Below are positions 1-12,341 of a stretch of DNA of 64,000 nt, piece after piece. Under the pieces are notes generated by a model. The model saw nothing but the letters and a program-made list of their open reading frames with translations. It was not told the DNA's origin and made no database searches. The translations under genes were made by a program, and so were the position numbers. Each line of letters starts with the position of its first letter. The stretch's first letter is position 1. This DNA comes from Octopus sinensis (taxonomy: Eukaryota): the NCBI RefSeq assembly GCF_006345805.1, contig NC_043000.1, positions 91,946,001-92,010,000 of the forward strand, in the 5' to 3' direction.

Positions 1-303
1 GGTCGGTGGTGTTGCTCCAAATTTGGCATCGATCCCGATCTCCATCATAAATGGATATCGACTATGTCAGATAACACTTTCCCTCCTCTATCTGACCGGA
101 CATGTCTACAGCAAATTACTGGAGGATTTATCGAGTGTTATTTGTGAAGGAAGTGATGATGAGGTGTAGGGAAGAAGGGAAAAGAATTGCTTGATGCGGA
201 GCTCTGGAAACATCCCAGTATAGTCAAGTACAGCCTGACTCTATTACTGTATGTTTCCCCTCTCTTTGATTCAAACTCAAACTATTGTTAATTAAACTTA
301 AAC

Positions 304-880
304 TAAACTATGATTTAAAATACCCAACATCGTCCATTCTTTCACTAATATTTTAGATGCATTAGGGTGGCGAGCTGGCAGAATCGTTAGCACACCGGGC
401 GAGATGCTTATCGGTATTTCGTCTGCCGTCACGTTCTGAGTTCAAATTCCGCCGCGGTCGACTTTGCCTTTCATCCTTTCGGTGTCGATAAATTAAGTAC
501 CAGTTACGCACTAGAGTCGATGTAATCGACTTAATCCCTTTGCCTGTCCTTGTTTGTCCTCTCTGTGTTTAGCTCCTTGTGGATAGTAAAGAAATAGGTA
601 TTTCGCCTGCCGCTACGTTCTGAGTTCAAATTCCGCCGAGGTCGACTTGCCTTTCATCCTTTCGGGCTCGATTAAATAAGTACCAGTTACGCACTGGGGT
701 CAATGTAACCGACAAACAAGGACAGACAAAATGGTTAAGTCGATTACTTGACCTCAGTGCGTAACTGGTACTTAATTTAATCGACCCCGAAGGGATGAAT
801 GGCAAAGTCGACCTCGGCGGAATTTGAACTCCGAACGTAGCGGCAGACGAAATAGCGCTAAGCATTTCGCCCAGCGTGTT
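304..880. mobile_element. Cluster of tRNA-like SINE family A copies: plus-strand multimer followed by a minus-strand copy
   Basis: Head ggcgagctggcagaatcgttagc (A-box-like) and gagttcaaattcc (B-box-like); the body gtcgactttgcctttcatcctttcggggtcgataaattaagtaccag recurs more than 15 times in the window. Confidence 0.85.
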
Positions 881-1119
881 ATATATATTGGATAATAAAA
901 CTAATGGTTTACACCTGGTAGCTTACTGGTAAAGCACGGTCACGTTCACAGTGATCGTTATGTACATGGCAAATGAAAGACGGAAGATGGAATATACTAG
1001 AATTTATTAATCACGACAATTGTTTCGACACATCTAGCATCGATCCCTCACGAGTGGGACACTCAACAGCTGGTTCAAGAGCATTCGGCGGTATAAACAA
1101 ATAAATACGATAAATGCTC

Positions 1120-1480
1120 ATGCATAAATTAATCAAAATGTCCATTGATGAATCTCGGTATGAGTACAAATCTTGCAAACAAAGGGAGGACCGAATGTTT
1201 ACATTGGGCAGACGGCTGATTCGCTTGAGAATCGTTATCGTAACCATGTCACCAGTTTTGAGACAATCAATAAGAGACATCCAATATCTTTGGCTGATTT
1301 TGTATGATGCTATTTTCCGTGATGTTATTTTTTTTTTGTATGATGACTGAAGGACGATAAAATGAAGCACAGCATAACTTGGTCCATAGTAAGGCACACG
1401 AAACCATGCAATGTAATTTCCAGGAGATGCCGTCTCTACGCCGAGGAATGAGAAAATCATTAATAGACTAATGAGAGATG
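1120..1480 (+). pseudogene. Decayed GIY-YIG endonuclease fragment of a PLE
   Basis: YIGQT at 1200; RYRNH..SF and W.I motifs; CxC..CPL linker; frameshifts and stops. Confidence 0.8.
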
Positions 1481-1758
1481 CCTCGACGCATATAGATGTA
1501 CTTTCGCACCATGCAGTGGGAATGAATTTTACGTAACTGTTAAAATAATTTACTTTACGGTATGGATGAATAAGTTTACTTATATATTCCTCATTCTTAC
1601 AAACACAAAGTAGATAGTTAACTCGCTTTGTGATCATGAGTGCTCCAAACCTCACGTGAGCATATGCTCATATTTTCGCGGATGCTTATGTAAGAGAATG
1701 TACTCACGCCATGCAGCTTGCCAGAGGGCGTTTATACATCCATATTTGTTAACGGTTA

Positions 1759-2152
1759 TCTTTATATATAAAAGTGAGGTTGTGTGCTGTCTGTCTCCTA
1801 CGATTTAGATTCCTAACTACTCCCACATTTTGCGGTGCAGTTTAACCAAAACCGGGTATCTTATAGTCTTGATTCATATCGAGCCCTTCTGGGTATTAGC
1901 GCGCGTCTACGATGAGTCTACGATTTAAAAAGAAATTTACCATCAATTTTTCCCATTTTAATGCATTTTTGGCATATATAAGGGAAGTAACTCTCTAAAA
2001 ATTTATTATTAAATCTCAGAACGTAAAAAGCTACAGTAACACCCCCTCCTTTGTGGTTAGCCATGTTGAGATGGCTATTATACTTTACATCTCTAAAAAT
2101 GCTTATAGTTATTTCCCTTACAAACCCGAGCAACGCCGGGCGATACTGCTAG
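1759..2152 (+). mobile_element. Non-autonomous Helitron-type element
   Basis: A|TCTTTATATATAAAA start; subterminal cccg-agcaacgc-cggg hairpin; CTAG|T end at 2149-2152; inserted at A^T with no target-site duplication (TSD). Confidence 0.8.
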
Positions 2153-2316
2153 TCTTTAATACTTTTCTCGATATATTGTGTGTTCGCCTCTTTTTATCCT
2201 ATCTGTGATGTTATTTTTGATCTTTTTAAATGAAGATATTTCCTCCGTCTAGCTGCTTTTCTTTCTACAAAATAAGAAGTTACATTTCGGAACTGTTATT
2301 TTAACGATTTGTGTCT

Positions 2317-2429
2317 ATTATCACCCGATGAGATACATCTGCACCGCCGGAAGCTCCTGAACCAGTTGTTGAGTGTCCCACCTATGAGGGATCGATGCTA
2401 GATGTGTCGAAACAATCGTCGTGATTAAT
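2317..2429 (+). ncRNA. Minimal type-I hammerhead ribozyme motif with CCGAUGA core and long stem II
   Basis: Stem I atta-tcac/gtga-t-taat; core CCGATGA 2325-2331; stem II gatacatct/agatgtgtc; GAAA 2409-2412; stem III ACAATCGT (ACAATTGT in the inverted copy); GUC cleavage triplet at 2420. Confidence 0.7.
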
Positions 2430-3195
2430 AAACTCTTGTATATTCCATCTTCCGTCTTTCATTTGCCGTGCTGAAAGATACGAAAATGTCACCAGCATTT
2501 AGCGAGAAGACCTGATGCATTTCATCTTGTCAATGGATCTGGACTTCTCGCTAAAGGTTGGTGTCATTGGAACCCTTGTCAACGGCGTGTAGTCACAATG
2601 AATCGCTTGCTCAGATGAGAGTTGTTTCTTCCAGTATATTGGAAAACAATGGAAAACGTTCTTTTGTTATTTAAAAAGCTGTCCAGCTGAATAAAACTCT
2701 AGTTTATACTGATCTCTCTCTCTCTCTCTCTCTCTGTATATATATATATATATGTATGTATATATATATATATATACATATACATATACAAATACATAAT
2801 ATATGCGTGTGTGTGCGTGTATGAATGTAAAGGTAATACACACCATACAATGTACAATGTGATGATTTTGTTTCTTGTTTAATTGAAATGTATAATTAAA
2901 CAATCAACGAAGTAGTAATTAATTGGAATCTTTAAATTATATACGATATATAATATATTCAATATTCCATATTATCCAGAGAATCAATTATGTTAGTTTT
3001 CTGCCGTATGATCAATTATTTATCTTAATTATGCATAAAACTTAAAGTTACAAAGTATTTTATGTAATTATCTGCATTAACAAAAATGTCTGTGTGTGTG
3101 AGTGTATGTTTAATGTCTATTGCCGGAAGAAAGAATATTCGATACTATAGCAGAGATTATTAATATTTTAATTTTTGCCGAGTCCCCTACGTTTC

Positions 3196-3450
3196 GTCTG
3201 TGTTGGTAACCCATCGGCGTCTGACAATGACGAGGTCTATGTTTTCGGCGATGAGAGCGCATGTGACTCCGTTGCCCAAAGCTGGAAATACGCAGGCGCC
3301 GACAAATGTTACTGTGAATGTCTGTTGACTGCATTGATGCGTATGCTGCCCTGTGATTTCTTTCTCTTGCAGCATCCAAACGCTGTCACTGGTCACCTTC
3401 GAAGGCAGCTGCTGCATTGCGCCTGTAGGTGCACAGGATGTAACTTGCCT
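3196..3450 (-). mobile_element. RTE-clade LINE 3' fragment
   Basis: Minus strand reads LDAARERNHRAA...NICRRLRISSFGQRSHMRSHR, a decayed RTE C-terminal C..C..SxxGxxSHxRxH knuckle, followed by tcgtcattgtc...gatgggttacc. Confidence 0.6.
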
Positions 3451-3919
3451 GAAGAACTGAACTTCGCATCTGGTTCCAAAAGTTCTTTTGGAACCACAGG
3501 CGTAGCTCATAATAGCAAGGAAATCACTCGACCAAAATATAAATAAAATCAATCGCAATTAAAGTATCAAGATCACTTTCTTTCGACATTACATTATATT
3601 TCACTTTACGATGTCACATAAACATAAGGGTTATAAAGCGCTATATATATTCTTCGTGAAATATATTTATGGTTACGCTTACGTAACATCTTTTATAAAT
3701 GATATAATGCCAGTACGCGCTTCTCCATTTTTGTGTCTCTTTATGTCATACTTGTGCTATATATTTCTTATAGCTAGCTCTTTTACCACGGATATTTTTT
3801 AGCTTAGCTAGAAGGTTGAATTTTAGGAATTTGTACTATTCCGTGTGCGAATCCGGTGTTCAACTGTTATAATCTTAAATAGTCCTTTCTCACCTATAGG
3901 ATATTGAATGTATTTCTGA

Positions 3920-3998
<79 letters not shown>

Positions 3999-4164
3999 CA
4001 TATATACATAAGTGTGTGTGCATACATATATATAAGGCAAAAGGTAGGTACAATAAATTCAGGGTGAATACTTGATAAATGTAAGCACCTGTATATTCCA
4101 GCTAGTAGCAGAGGTGAGAGGATATATGTATCAAATGAAATAAAAAACAGAACACAAAGGCTGT

Positions 4165-4258
4165 CGCGGTACACGTGTTTCAAGCTTTATAAAACAACTT
4201 ATTCTTACATCAATGTATAATCAACACAACATATGATTTGAAGCTCTCTTCTGCCGCA
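4165..4258 (-). ncRNA. Hammerhead motif in the left arm (core CAGAAGA, intact GAAA)
   Basis: Minus strand reads tgcgg-CAGAAGA-gagcttca...taaagctt-GAAA-CACGTG-TA-ccgcg. Confidence 0.7.
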
Positions 4259-4589
4259 TGCAATTGCTATACCAAAGACCTGTATCACATTATGAAAAGT
4301 CCGAAAAGGAACATTTGGTATTATCTATAATGGTAGGTATATTGAGTTTCACTGAGAAAGTATGTTTGTAAATCTTCATAATCAAATAGGTGTGCAGGGT
4401 ATTATTGGACTTCGAAAATCCGTCCATACTGTATCAAGTCCAATAATACCCTGCACACCTATTTGATTATAAAGATTTACAAACATACTTTCTCAGTGAA
4501 ACTCAATATACCTACCATTATAGATAATACCAAATGTTCCTTTTCGAACTTTTCATAATGTGATACAGGTCTTTGGTATAGCAATTGCA

Positions 4590-4683
4590 TGCGGCTGAAG
4601 AGAGCTTTAAACCATCTGTTATGTCGATTATACATTGATGTAAGAATAAGTTGTTTTATAAAGCTTAAAACACGTGTACCGCG
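4590..4683 (+). ncRNA. Hammerhead motif in the right arm (GAAA changed to AAAA)
   Basis: tgcgg-CTGAAGA-gagcttta...taaagctt-AAAA-CACGTG-TA-ccgcg; stem III palindrome ACACGTGT. Confidence 0.75.
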
Positions 4684-6681
4684 ACATCCTTTGTGTTCTG
4701 TTTTTTATTTCATTTGATACTTATATAAGGCAAAAAGTAGAAACAATTACGAAAATTAAAAAAACAAAACAACAAAGGACGTTCATCCTAAAAATATTAT
4801 TAGGTTGACACTGAAGGAAAGAGTAAATGTTGTAGAGAAAAAAGGAAATTTAAAATGAAGATAACCAGGAAACAACGCACGTGGGTTACGTTCGCATGTT
4901 CAACATACATTCATCAAGTACATACGTACATACTTCACAAGTTTCATTATTATATTAAGCTATCAGATGGAATCTTCTCTGAATGCTATTAACATGTATA
5001 TTAATTGCTAGACTTCTAACGCTATATGGTGAAGGGAAAAAGGAAAAACAGACATTCCATAAATTTTTTCCAGACTATGATAATTTCCATTGAAAAGAAG
5101 TGTCTCTTTTCATAAAATATTTAATTAATAAATTCCAGGTTATAGCATGCTGACAATTTCTAAAAAGAATGAAATGGTGCAATATATGTATACCACTACC
5201 AAAAATTTTTTTAATTTATAATAAATTAATGGGGGAAAATTATTAGATGTGAATTCTATGTATCTTTTTACTTGTAATTCCTTAATTATATATTCAATTT
5301 CGTAATCCCGCCAAATATGAAAAAATGATTATCTCTCTAAAATGATTTCCGTTGAGGGAAGACACATATGTATGTAAACATGTACATATATCTGCATATG
5401 TGTATGTATGTGTGTATATATATGTGTGTGTGAGTGTGTATGTGCGTGTGTTTGCATGTATTTATGTATATATATATATATATATATGTTAATAAAAGAA
5501 CATATGCATATATATAAATATATATGTACGTACCTACCTCTACATGTACATATACACGCATATATGTGTACAGGACACCAAAAAGACGTCGAACACATAG
5601 AGAGACGAAAAACAAGACACAAACCAAGGAACAGGACAAGAAAAAAAGGGAGTACAGGACAATGAGCACAACGAAAAAACCCCTTCTTCAGTCGCTAAGA
5701 TTTCATCTACTCTACGTTTCGAAGGATAAAAGCGAGACGTATCTTCGAAGAAACTTCCTTCCTGCGAAAAGCAAATCAATTAAAATTCTGAGATCTTTTC
5801 GCAGAGGGGTAAAAAATGGTAAAAAACGCAAGACGGTAACGACAGTACAAACATATAAACAGTAATATATATATATGTATGTATATATATGTATATAATT
5901 TTGTGGAGCTGCGATAAAAATGTATAGAATAATAGAATAGACTTAACTTCTACACAATACAAAGAAAGATGCTTGACCTTACCTCGTAGCAAGTTTTCTT
6001 CTAAATATAGAGCTTTCTGTTTTCTCTTTTCTTAGTCGGTGTAAAAAGAGAATTTCTAAGCTGCCACGTGATGTTGAACATAAACTAACTGTAACAGACA
6101 AATGTACCGAAAAACAAACACTTTACATAATTAAAATGCCTTCTAAAGAAAAAGAAAGGAAACTTCAAACTGCTCATAGAATTATTCTATTTCAAGGCAT
6201 TTATGCCTGTTGAAATATATACGTATTCCACAAAATACATCATAATTAATTTTAGTAAGGTATTTTCCCAAAATCTGTGCTCAGTGCGTGTAAACATACA
6301 TTATGAACAATTTAGAAGGCTGTTAAGAACGATGCTTTTACGTACAGAAAAGAGTACTTAGCACTTTAAATGCTTCAGTATATATATACAAAGTTATTTT
6401 ATTTGTTATTTGTTTACAGAAATAATTTGCTTCAAACTGAGCGATCATCTTCACAAATAGTCTAATTGTGAATATGGGTGAAACAACCTAAACAGAATTA
6501 ACTTTTAAAGCTAGATACCAACAAAATAATATGTATGTGCCTGTGTGTGTGTGTGTAAATGTGTGTGAGTGTGTGTGTACGTATAAATTTATGTCTATGT
6601 ATATATATATATTTATGTGAGCAATAATAAATATATTTATGTGTGTACATATATATTCGTTATGCATATATATATATAACA

Positions 6682-6739
<58 letters not shown>

Positions 6740-6745
6740 AATATT

Positions 6746-6781
<36 letters not shown>

Positions 6782-7298
6782 CCGTGTGTCTATAGGTATA
6801 TACATATATATAATATACATATATCATATACATGTATACGTAATAGAAACTTATTTTTTATCTCTCTCTCTCACTTTCTGTCTATCTATCTAACTATCTT
6901 TATATATGTGTGTATGGGGGTGCGTGTGCGTGTGTGCGCGCGCGTGTATGTAAAATGGAAAATTTGGCAGTATTACTATTCTCCAATTATAGATAGATAT
7001 TAACACTGTCTGGTAACACTTCTATTCACTATCTGACTGGTCTTGTCTACAAACAAATTAGTGAAGTTATTGTTACTTAGCTTCAGGTCAGCCTTGATCG
7101 AACAGACTGACCTGTGCTCAGAGGTGTTCCAGCTGCGGCGAACCCGCCTTCAGTCATTGGTCAGTGTGTCGAAGACTACATAATATTCATTGTTTCAAAG
7201 TCGGCGGAATATAATTTGAGGGATATTTAGTAAATCAATAATTTATGAAATATTAGTTGATGGGTGATGGGAAAGAAAAGTGTAAATAATAACCAACT

Positions 7299-7591
7299 GG
7301 TACTCCATCCGTTACGACGACGAGGGTTCCAGTCGATCCGATCAACGGAACAGCCTCCTCGTGAAATTACCGTGCAAGTGGCTGAGCATTCCACAGACAA
7401 CGCGTACCCTTAATGTAGAACAGAACGTTACAAGGCTGGTCCATTGAATTACAGGGACAGCTCATTTTTGACAGGTGAATGGACTGAAGCAACGTGAAAT
7501 AAATTGTCTTGCTCAAAAGCACAACACGCTGCTGGAATTCGAACTCATGACCTTACGATCGTGAGCCAAATATCCTAACCACTTAGCCAAG
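7299..7591 (-). mobile_element. SINE family C (tRNA-like head, CORE-like ttgagcaagac segment)
   Basis: Reverse complement of the plus-strand copy at 22868-23171. Confidence 0.8.
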
Positions 7592-7638
7592 CTTAGTGGT
7601 TAGGATATTATATAATATCCTAACTACGTCTTCACTAA

Positions 7639-8157
7639 TCTCTATATATAAACGGCAGTTTGTCTGTCTGTGTGTCTGTGTGTCTGTCAGGTTGTACCCT
7701 CACCCTGACCACGGCTTTCAACCGATTCTGATGAAACTTGACACAAACATAGCCTAATGTCATAATTCAAAATTAAGGCAGTGAAAATTTTGAAAAGTTC
7801 CCCAGTTCTGAAAAAAATCGATAAATTCGACATGGGGTTGAGAATCTAAGCTTTTTATTTGCAACACATTTTCTGTTGTAGTTTTCGCAACTTGCAATCG
7901 ATTTTCACCAAACTCATGGTGAAGCTTAATGTTACCCTAAGAAACTTAATTCTGACATTAGTTTTCCATGCAATACCTTACCATCAGAAAAAATCGATAA
8001 ATTTATGCCATTTTGGGAAATCGCGTTCAAATTCAAGATGACATATTTTCGACAATATCTTTCATAAATTGTCAGGAATTTTTTAAAAATTCACAGCGAG
8101 CATCATGTCTACTCCAGGGGCTCTTACATACCGGGCAATGCCGGGCTATGCTGCTAG
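7639..8157 (+). mobile_element. Non-autonomous Helitron-type element
   Basis: A|TCTCTATATATAAA followed by (tgtc)n; ccgggcaatgccggg subterminal motif; CTAG|T end at 8154-8157. Confidence 0.8.
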
Positions 8158-8159
8158 TA

Positions 8160-8385
8160 AGGAATATTCTTTTCTTTTCTAGGCACAAGTCCCGAAATTT
8201 TGGGGGAAGTGGCCAGTCGATTAGATCGGTCTCAATGCACAACTGGTACTTAATTTATCGACCACGAAAAGATAATAGGCAAAGTCGACCTCGGCGGAAT
8301 TTGAACTCAGTACGTTAACACAGACGAAATAACGCTAAGCATTTCACCCGGCGTGCTAAAGTTTCTGCCAGCTCGCCGCCTTGCT
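8160..8385 (-). mobile_element. SINE family A copy (alternative ggccc...aatttcgggc tail)
   Basis: Reverse complement of the family A head and body. Confidence 0.85.
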
Positions 8386-8517
8386 AATAAAGACTATTAG
8401 ATAAATGAAAAACTCATAGAATTTTAATCAAAACTAAAAATACAAATATTAAATGTTTTTAGATTTCATATAAGGAAATCATACCAAAATGTTGTAACAG
8501 AATGTTCCTTGAATATT

Positions 8518-8717
8518 GGCGTAGGAGTGGCTGTGTGGTAAGTAGCTTGCTTACGAACTACATGGTTCCGGGTTTAGCCCCACTGCGTGGCATCTTGGGC
8601 AAGTGCTTTTTACTACAGCCTCGGGCCGACCAAATCCTTGTGAGTGGATTTGGTAGACGGAAACTGAAAGAAGTCCGTCGTATACATACAGACACACACA
8701 CATATATATATATATAT

Positions 8718-8755
<38 letters not shown>

Positions 8756-9130
8756 TATTTTACTTGTTTCAGTCATTTGATTGCGACCATGCTGGAGCAA
8801 CTCAATCCCGGGACTTATTCTTTGTAAGCCCAGTACTTATTCTATCGGTCTCTTTTGCCAAACCGCTAAGTGACGGGGACATAAACACACCACCATCGGT
8901 TGTCAAGCAAAGCTAGGGGGACAAACACAGACACACAAACACACACACATATATATATACATATATACGACGGGCTTCTTTCAGTTTCCGTCTACCAAAT
9001 CCACTCACAAGACTTTGGTCGGCCCGAGGCTATAGTAGAAGACACTTGCCCAAGGTGCCATGTAGTGGGACTGAACCCAGAACCGTGTGGTTGGTAAGCA
9101 TGCTACTTACCACACAGCCACTCCTGCGCC

Positions 9131-9166
<36 letters not shown>

Positions 9167-9417
9167 TGTATGTATGTATGTATGTATGTATGTATGTATG
9201 TATGTTTGTGTGTCTGTGTTTGTCCCCTCAACATCGCTTGACAACTGATGCTGGTGTTGTTTATGTACCCGTTACTTAGCGGTTCGGCAAAAGAGAACGA
9301 TAGAATAAATACTACGCTTACAAATAATAGGTTCTGGGGTCGATTTGCTCGACTAAAGGCGGTGCTCCAGCATGGCCACAGTCAAATGACAGAAGCAAGT
9401 AAAAGAGTAAAGAGTGA
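8518..9417 (+). mobile_element. SINE family B (CORE-like) split by a nested minus-strand family B copy
   Basis: A box tggctgtgtgg, B box ggtttagccc, CORE-like catcttgggcaagtgc; the tail resumes at 9131 and ends gtaaaagagtaaagagt. Confidence 0.9.
8757..9130 (-). mobile_element. Full-length SINE family B inserted in the internal (TA)n of another B copy
   Basis: Complete head-to-tail reverse complement, flanked by TA repeats. Confidence 0.9.
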
Positions 9418-10513
9418 ATTACAAGTATTCTATTGATGTTTAATCTTGTTTTTAATATGTTTATCTGAAAGTGACCTGGCAGAAACGTTTGCCCGTCAGA
9501 CAACAAGCTTTGCAGCATTTCGTCTGTATTTACGTTCTGAGTTCAAATTCCACCGAGCTCGAATTTTCCTTTCATTCTTTCGAAGTCGATAAAATAATAC
9601 TAGTTGAAAATTGGGGTTGATGTAATCTCTACCAAAATTTGAAACCAATATCTTAAAACGATGAAGTATAGATTTCACTCTGAACGTTTCTGCAATGATA
9701 CGTCATAACTGCAAATCACTCATTACTTGTTTCTGCGCTGGCTTTTTTTTATTTTAACTATTTTTTGTTTTGTCTTAGCCAGTAGAAGGATGGTAGTACC
9801 CAAGCCGTTTTCGCATGTTCCATAATTGTTTGGAATCAGTTAGGATGCTATCTTCAGTACGGACTTTGTTAAATGCATCTTAAGGCCAATCGGTGATGTT
9901 AAGTCAAGCAACAGAGTACGTCAAACATTCACATAACCTAAAGGAAGTAAAGCATGTAAAATAAGATTTTTATTGTCTAGAAAGAAAGTGAAGTAACTGC
10001 AATTAATTTGAATTCAAGATTAAGAAGCCAAGAACTATATACTTATCTGTTCCGTTATCTTGCTTTAAATCAAAGATCACCTTTTCAAATACTAGATTAG
10101 GAGTTTATTATCCAAGTTGGAATCAACATCAAGTTGTTACGTTGTAATATTTATGTAATAATCATTTCTGCTAAAGGCACAAAGCTTCAAATTTTACGGG
10201 AGGGTCTAGTTGATTACATCGATTCCAGTGCTCAACTGGTATTTATTTTATCGATGTCGAATGGATGAAAAGCATAGTGGACATCAGCAGAATTTGATCT
10301 CAGAACTTAAAGCCGAAAGAAATACAGTTAAGCATTTTATCCGGCTTGATAACAATTCTGCCAGCACGTCGCTTTGTAAATTTTATACAACAATGTTGTG
10401 AGATTAAGAGCAGAAATTTGGCAGAAATGGTAGAGCGTGAATCTGAATTTAAATTCCACCTAGGTCATCTATGACATCTCAGCCCTCTATGTGAGAAAGG
10501 ACATGACGAAATA

Positions 10514-11410
10514 CAGGGTGTTCCAGAAGTCTTGGGCACATTTCAAGTCCTCATATCTGCTGAACTATGATTGGTAGCAAGATGAAACTGATACCATTTT
10601 AAAGCTAAATTCAAACTTGTTTTGTAATTCTAATGATTTTTTCATATTTTTTCAGATCCAGTAATGGCGTTCACTCAACCAGAAAAGGCGTTGCGTCCTT
10701 GAATTTGCAAAAACTGAATTATGGATACTTGTTCAACGTGCATTTCGTACAAAATTCCGAAAAGAGGCACCAGAAACGAAGTCCAAATTGAGATGGCATG
10801 GTAAATTCATGAAGGATGGGCGTTTGTGCCAGGCGAAGAGAACGGGACGCCCCTCAACTTCAGATGATAAGGTTGAGTGAGTTCGAATTGCCTTTGAGCA
10901 GAGCCCCCATAAGTCGATCAGAAGAGCCAGTAGGGACTTCATTTTCCAACAGGATGGGGCGTCACCGCACTGGAGTCTCAAGGTTAGACAGTATCTGACA
11001 GCACTGCCAGACAGATGGATTGGACAGTCTGGGCGAGATGATCGCATTCTCATGCCCTGGCCTCCCAGGTCTCCAAATCTCAAACCCTGCGATTTCTTTT
11101 TGTGGGCGTTTATGAAAGGACTGGTCTATGTGCCTCCCCTTCCAAAAGACGTGGATGAACTGAAGGCCCGAATAACGGAAGCTGTTGCAACCATCGACAA
11201 CGTGATACTGGAACGCGTTTGGCAAGTATTGGACAATCGGCTTGATGTGTGCCGTGTGACCAACGATGCCCACATTGAACATCCTTGAACATTCCATAAA
11301 AGAAACTTGAAATTGCAGGCTTTCAGAATATATCAGATGCGTCTTTATGTCCTTAATAGTTTTCGAGATATTCAATGTCAGAATGTGCCCAAGACTTCTG
11401 GAACACCCTG
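10514..11410 (+). mobile_element. Tc1/mariner superfamily, maT/DD37D-like, internally deleted
   Basis: Perfect 29-bp TIRs CAGGGTGTTCCAGAAGTCTTGGGCACATT; TA TSDs at 10512-10513 and 11411-11412. Transposase N-terminus from ATG 10664 (…AKRTGRPSTS…) is joined near 10935 to FQQDGASPH…WPPRSPNLKPCDFFLW…HIEHP* (stop 11288). Confidence 0.92.
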
Positions 11411-12341
11411 TATACTGTATCACAAAGTTCGGCGGATGCTTCTGTCTGATTCGTAGTTTAGGATCCATACTAGACATCATTGTAGTTTGAAGCTTCGAGA
11501 CCAATCTTCTTTCGAAAAAAAACTGAGAATTTTCTTAATTAAAAACTGCAGTAATCAGTACTAGAAAGATATTTAGTAACATGCATATACCAATAATGAG
11601 GCAAAAGAACTTGAGATTACATAGAAATTATTTAGTTTCAACACAATCTAATATGCATCCATATCAAATTTTAATTATCTTATTTTTCACTCATGTTAAG
11701 ATAATCTCGTTCATCAATCTTTATTTAAGATCTATCAAGATATTAAATGTAACAAAGTATCTAAAAGTAGTTAACACTTCCCCTAAAGTCAAATGCATCA
11801 TTTTACGTGAGCTAACCAAGGTAATTTTATACATAGTCCTTCAATTTACTTAATAGACTTTCAAATTCCTTACGATAAACTAAAAGATCAGATGTTTTTA
11901 AGCACTACATTTCCAAATAGTATACCTTTACAATAAAATAGGTTGCTTTCCAGCTAGCAGGGGACCTCTACGTGGTTGCATATTCTGCCTGAAATAACAG
12001 CCGAATGTCCTTCAAATCAGGCCCGGTCGTCTTACAAAAGAAAGAACACATTTTATAATGTGCCCTAAATATGCTATATTCGATAATAAAATTGGACAAT
12101 CGTGGCTGGAAGACCTTCAGTCAATGGTTCGCTTGGCTATGGCTAATCTGGGTTTACAGAACAAAAACACTATTGAACTGCTAGGAACAATCATCTTGAA
12201 ATTGCAACTGAACTGACTCAAAGCAGCACGGGCGCACTGGATAATATAGTCCTAGTGCACTATATATGAGGCATAACTCCGGTTTCGATGAATGCTATGC
12301 ATTTTCAGGGTCAACAAGAGACAAACTGCAATAGCAGCAGC

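Larger units (their letters stand above)
965..2470 (+). mobile_element. PLE 3' remnant (GIY-YIG plus HHR-bearing tail) with an inverted copy of its 3' end at the 5' side
   Basis: About 128-bp inverted repeats at 965-1092 and 2343-2470, roughly 90% identical by eye. The interior encodes a frameshifted CSCINxSKCPL...YEYKSCK...YIGQTADSLENRYRNHVTSF...LKDDKMKHSITWSIVRHTKPCNVISRRCRL. Confidence 0.8.
4128..4720. repeat. 593-bp near-perfect palindrome (285-bp arms, 23-nt spacer); each arm carries an HHR motif
   Basis: Arms 4128-4412 and 4436-4720 are reverse complements with few mismatches; spacer cgaaaatccgtccatactgtatc. Confidence 0.95.

Noticed and set aside
1011-1655. 214-aa minus-strand ORF
   Set aside because: Antisense to the GIY-YIG remnant and running into the inverted cap; no recognisable motif.
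965-2470. Chapaev/CACTA DNA transposon reading of the CACGG-like ends
   Set aside because: No TSD; interior is GIY-YIG and the arm contains HHR parts, favouring a PLE.
2485-2567. 27-bp imperfect hairpin next to the capped PLE
   Set aside because: Real, but no GAAA, TSD or second copy seen; no function inferable.
5680-5810. Minus-strand GAAACGTA and CTGAAGA in a pLTR-like repeat
   Set aside because: Core lies 3' of GAAA and stem I does not pair; no consistent HHR topology.
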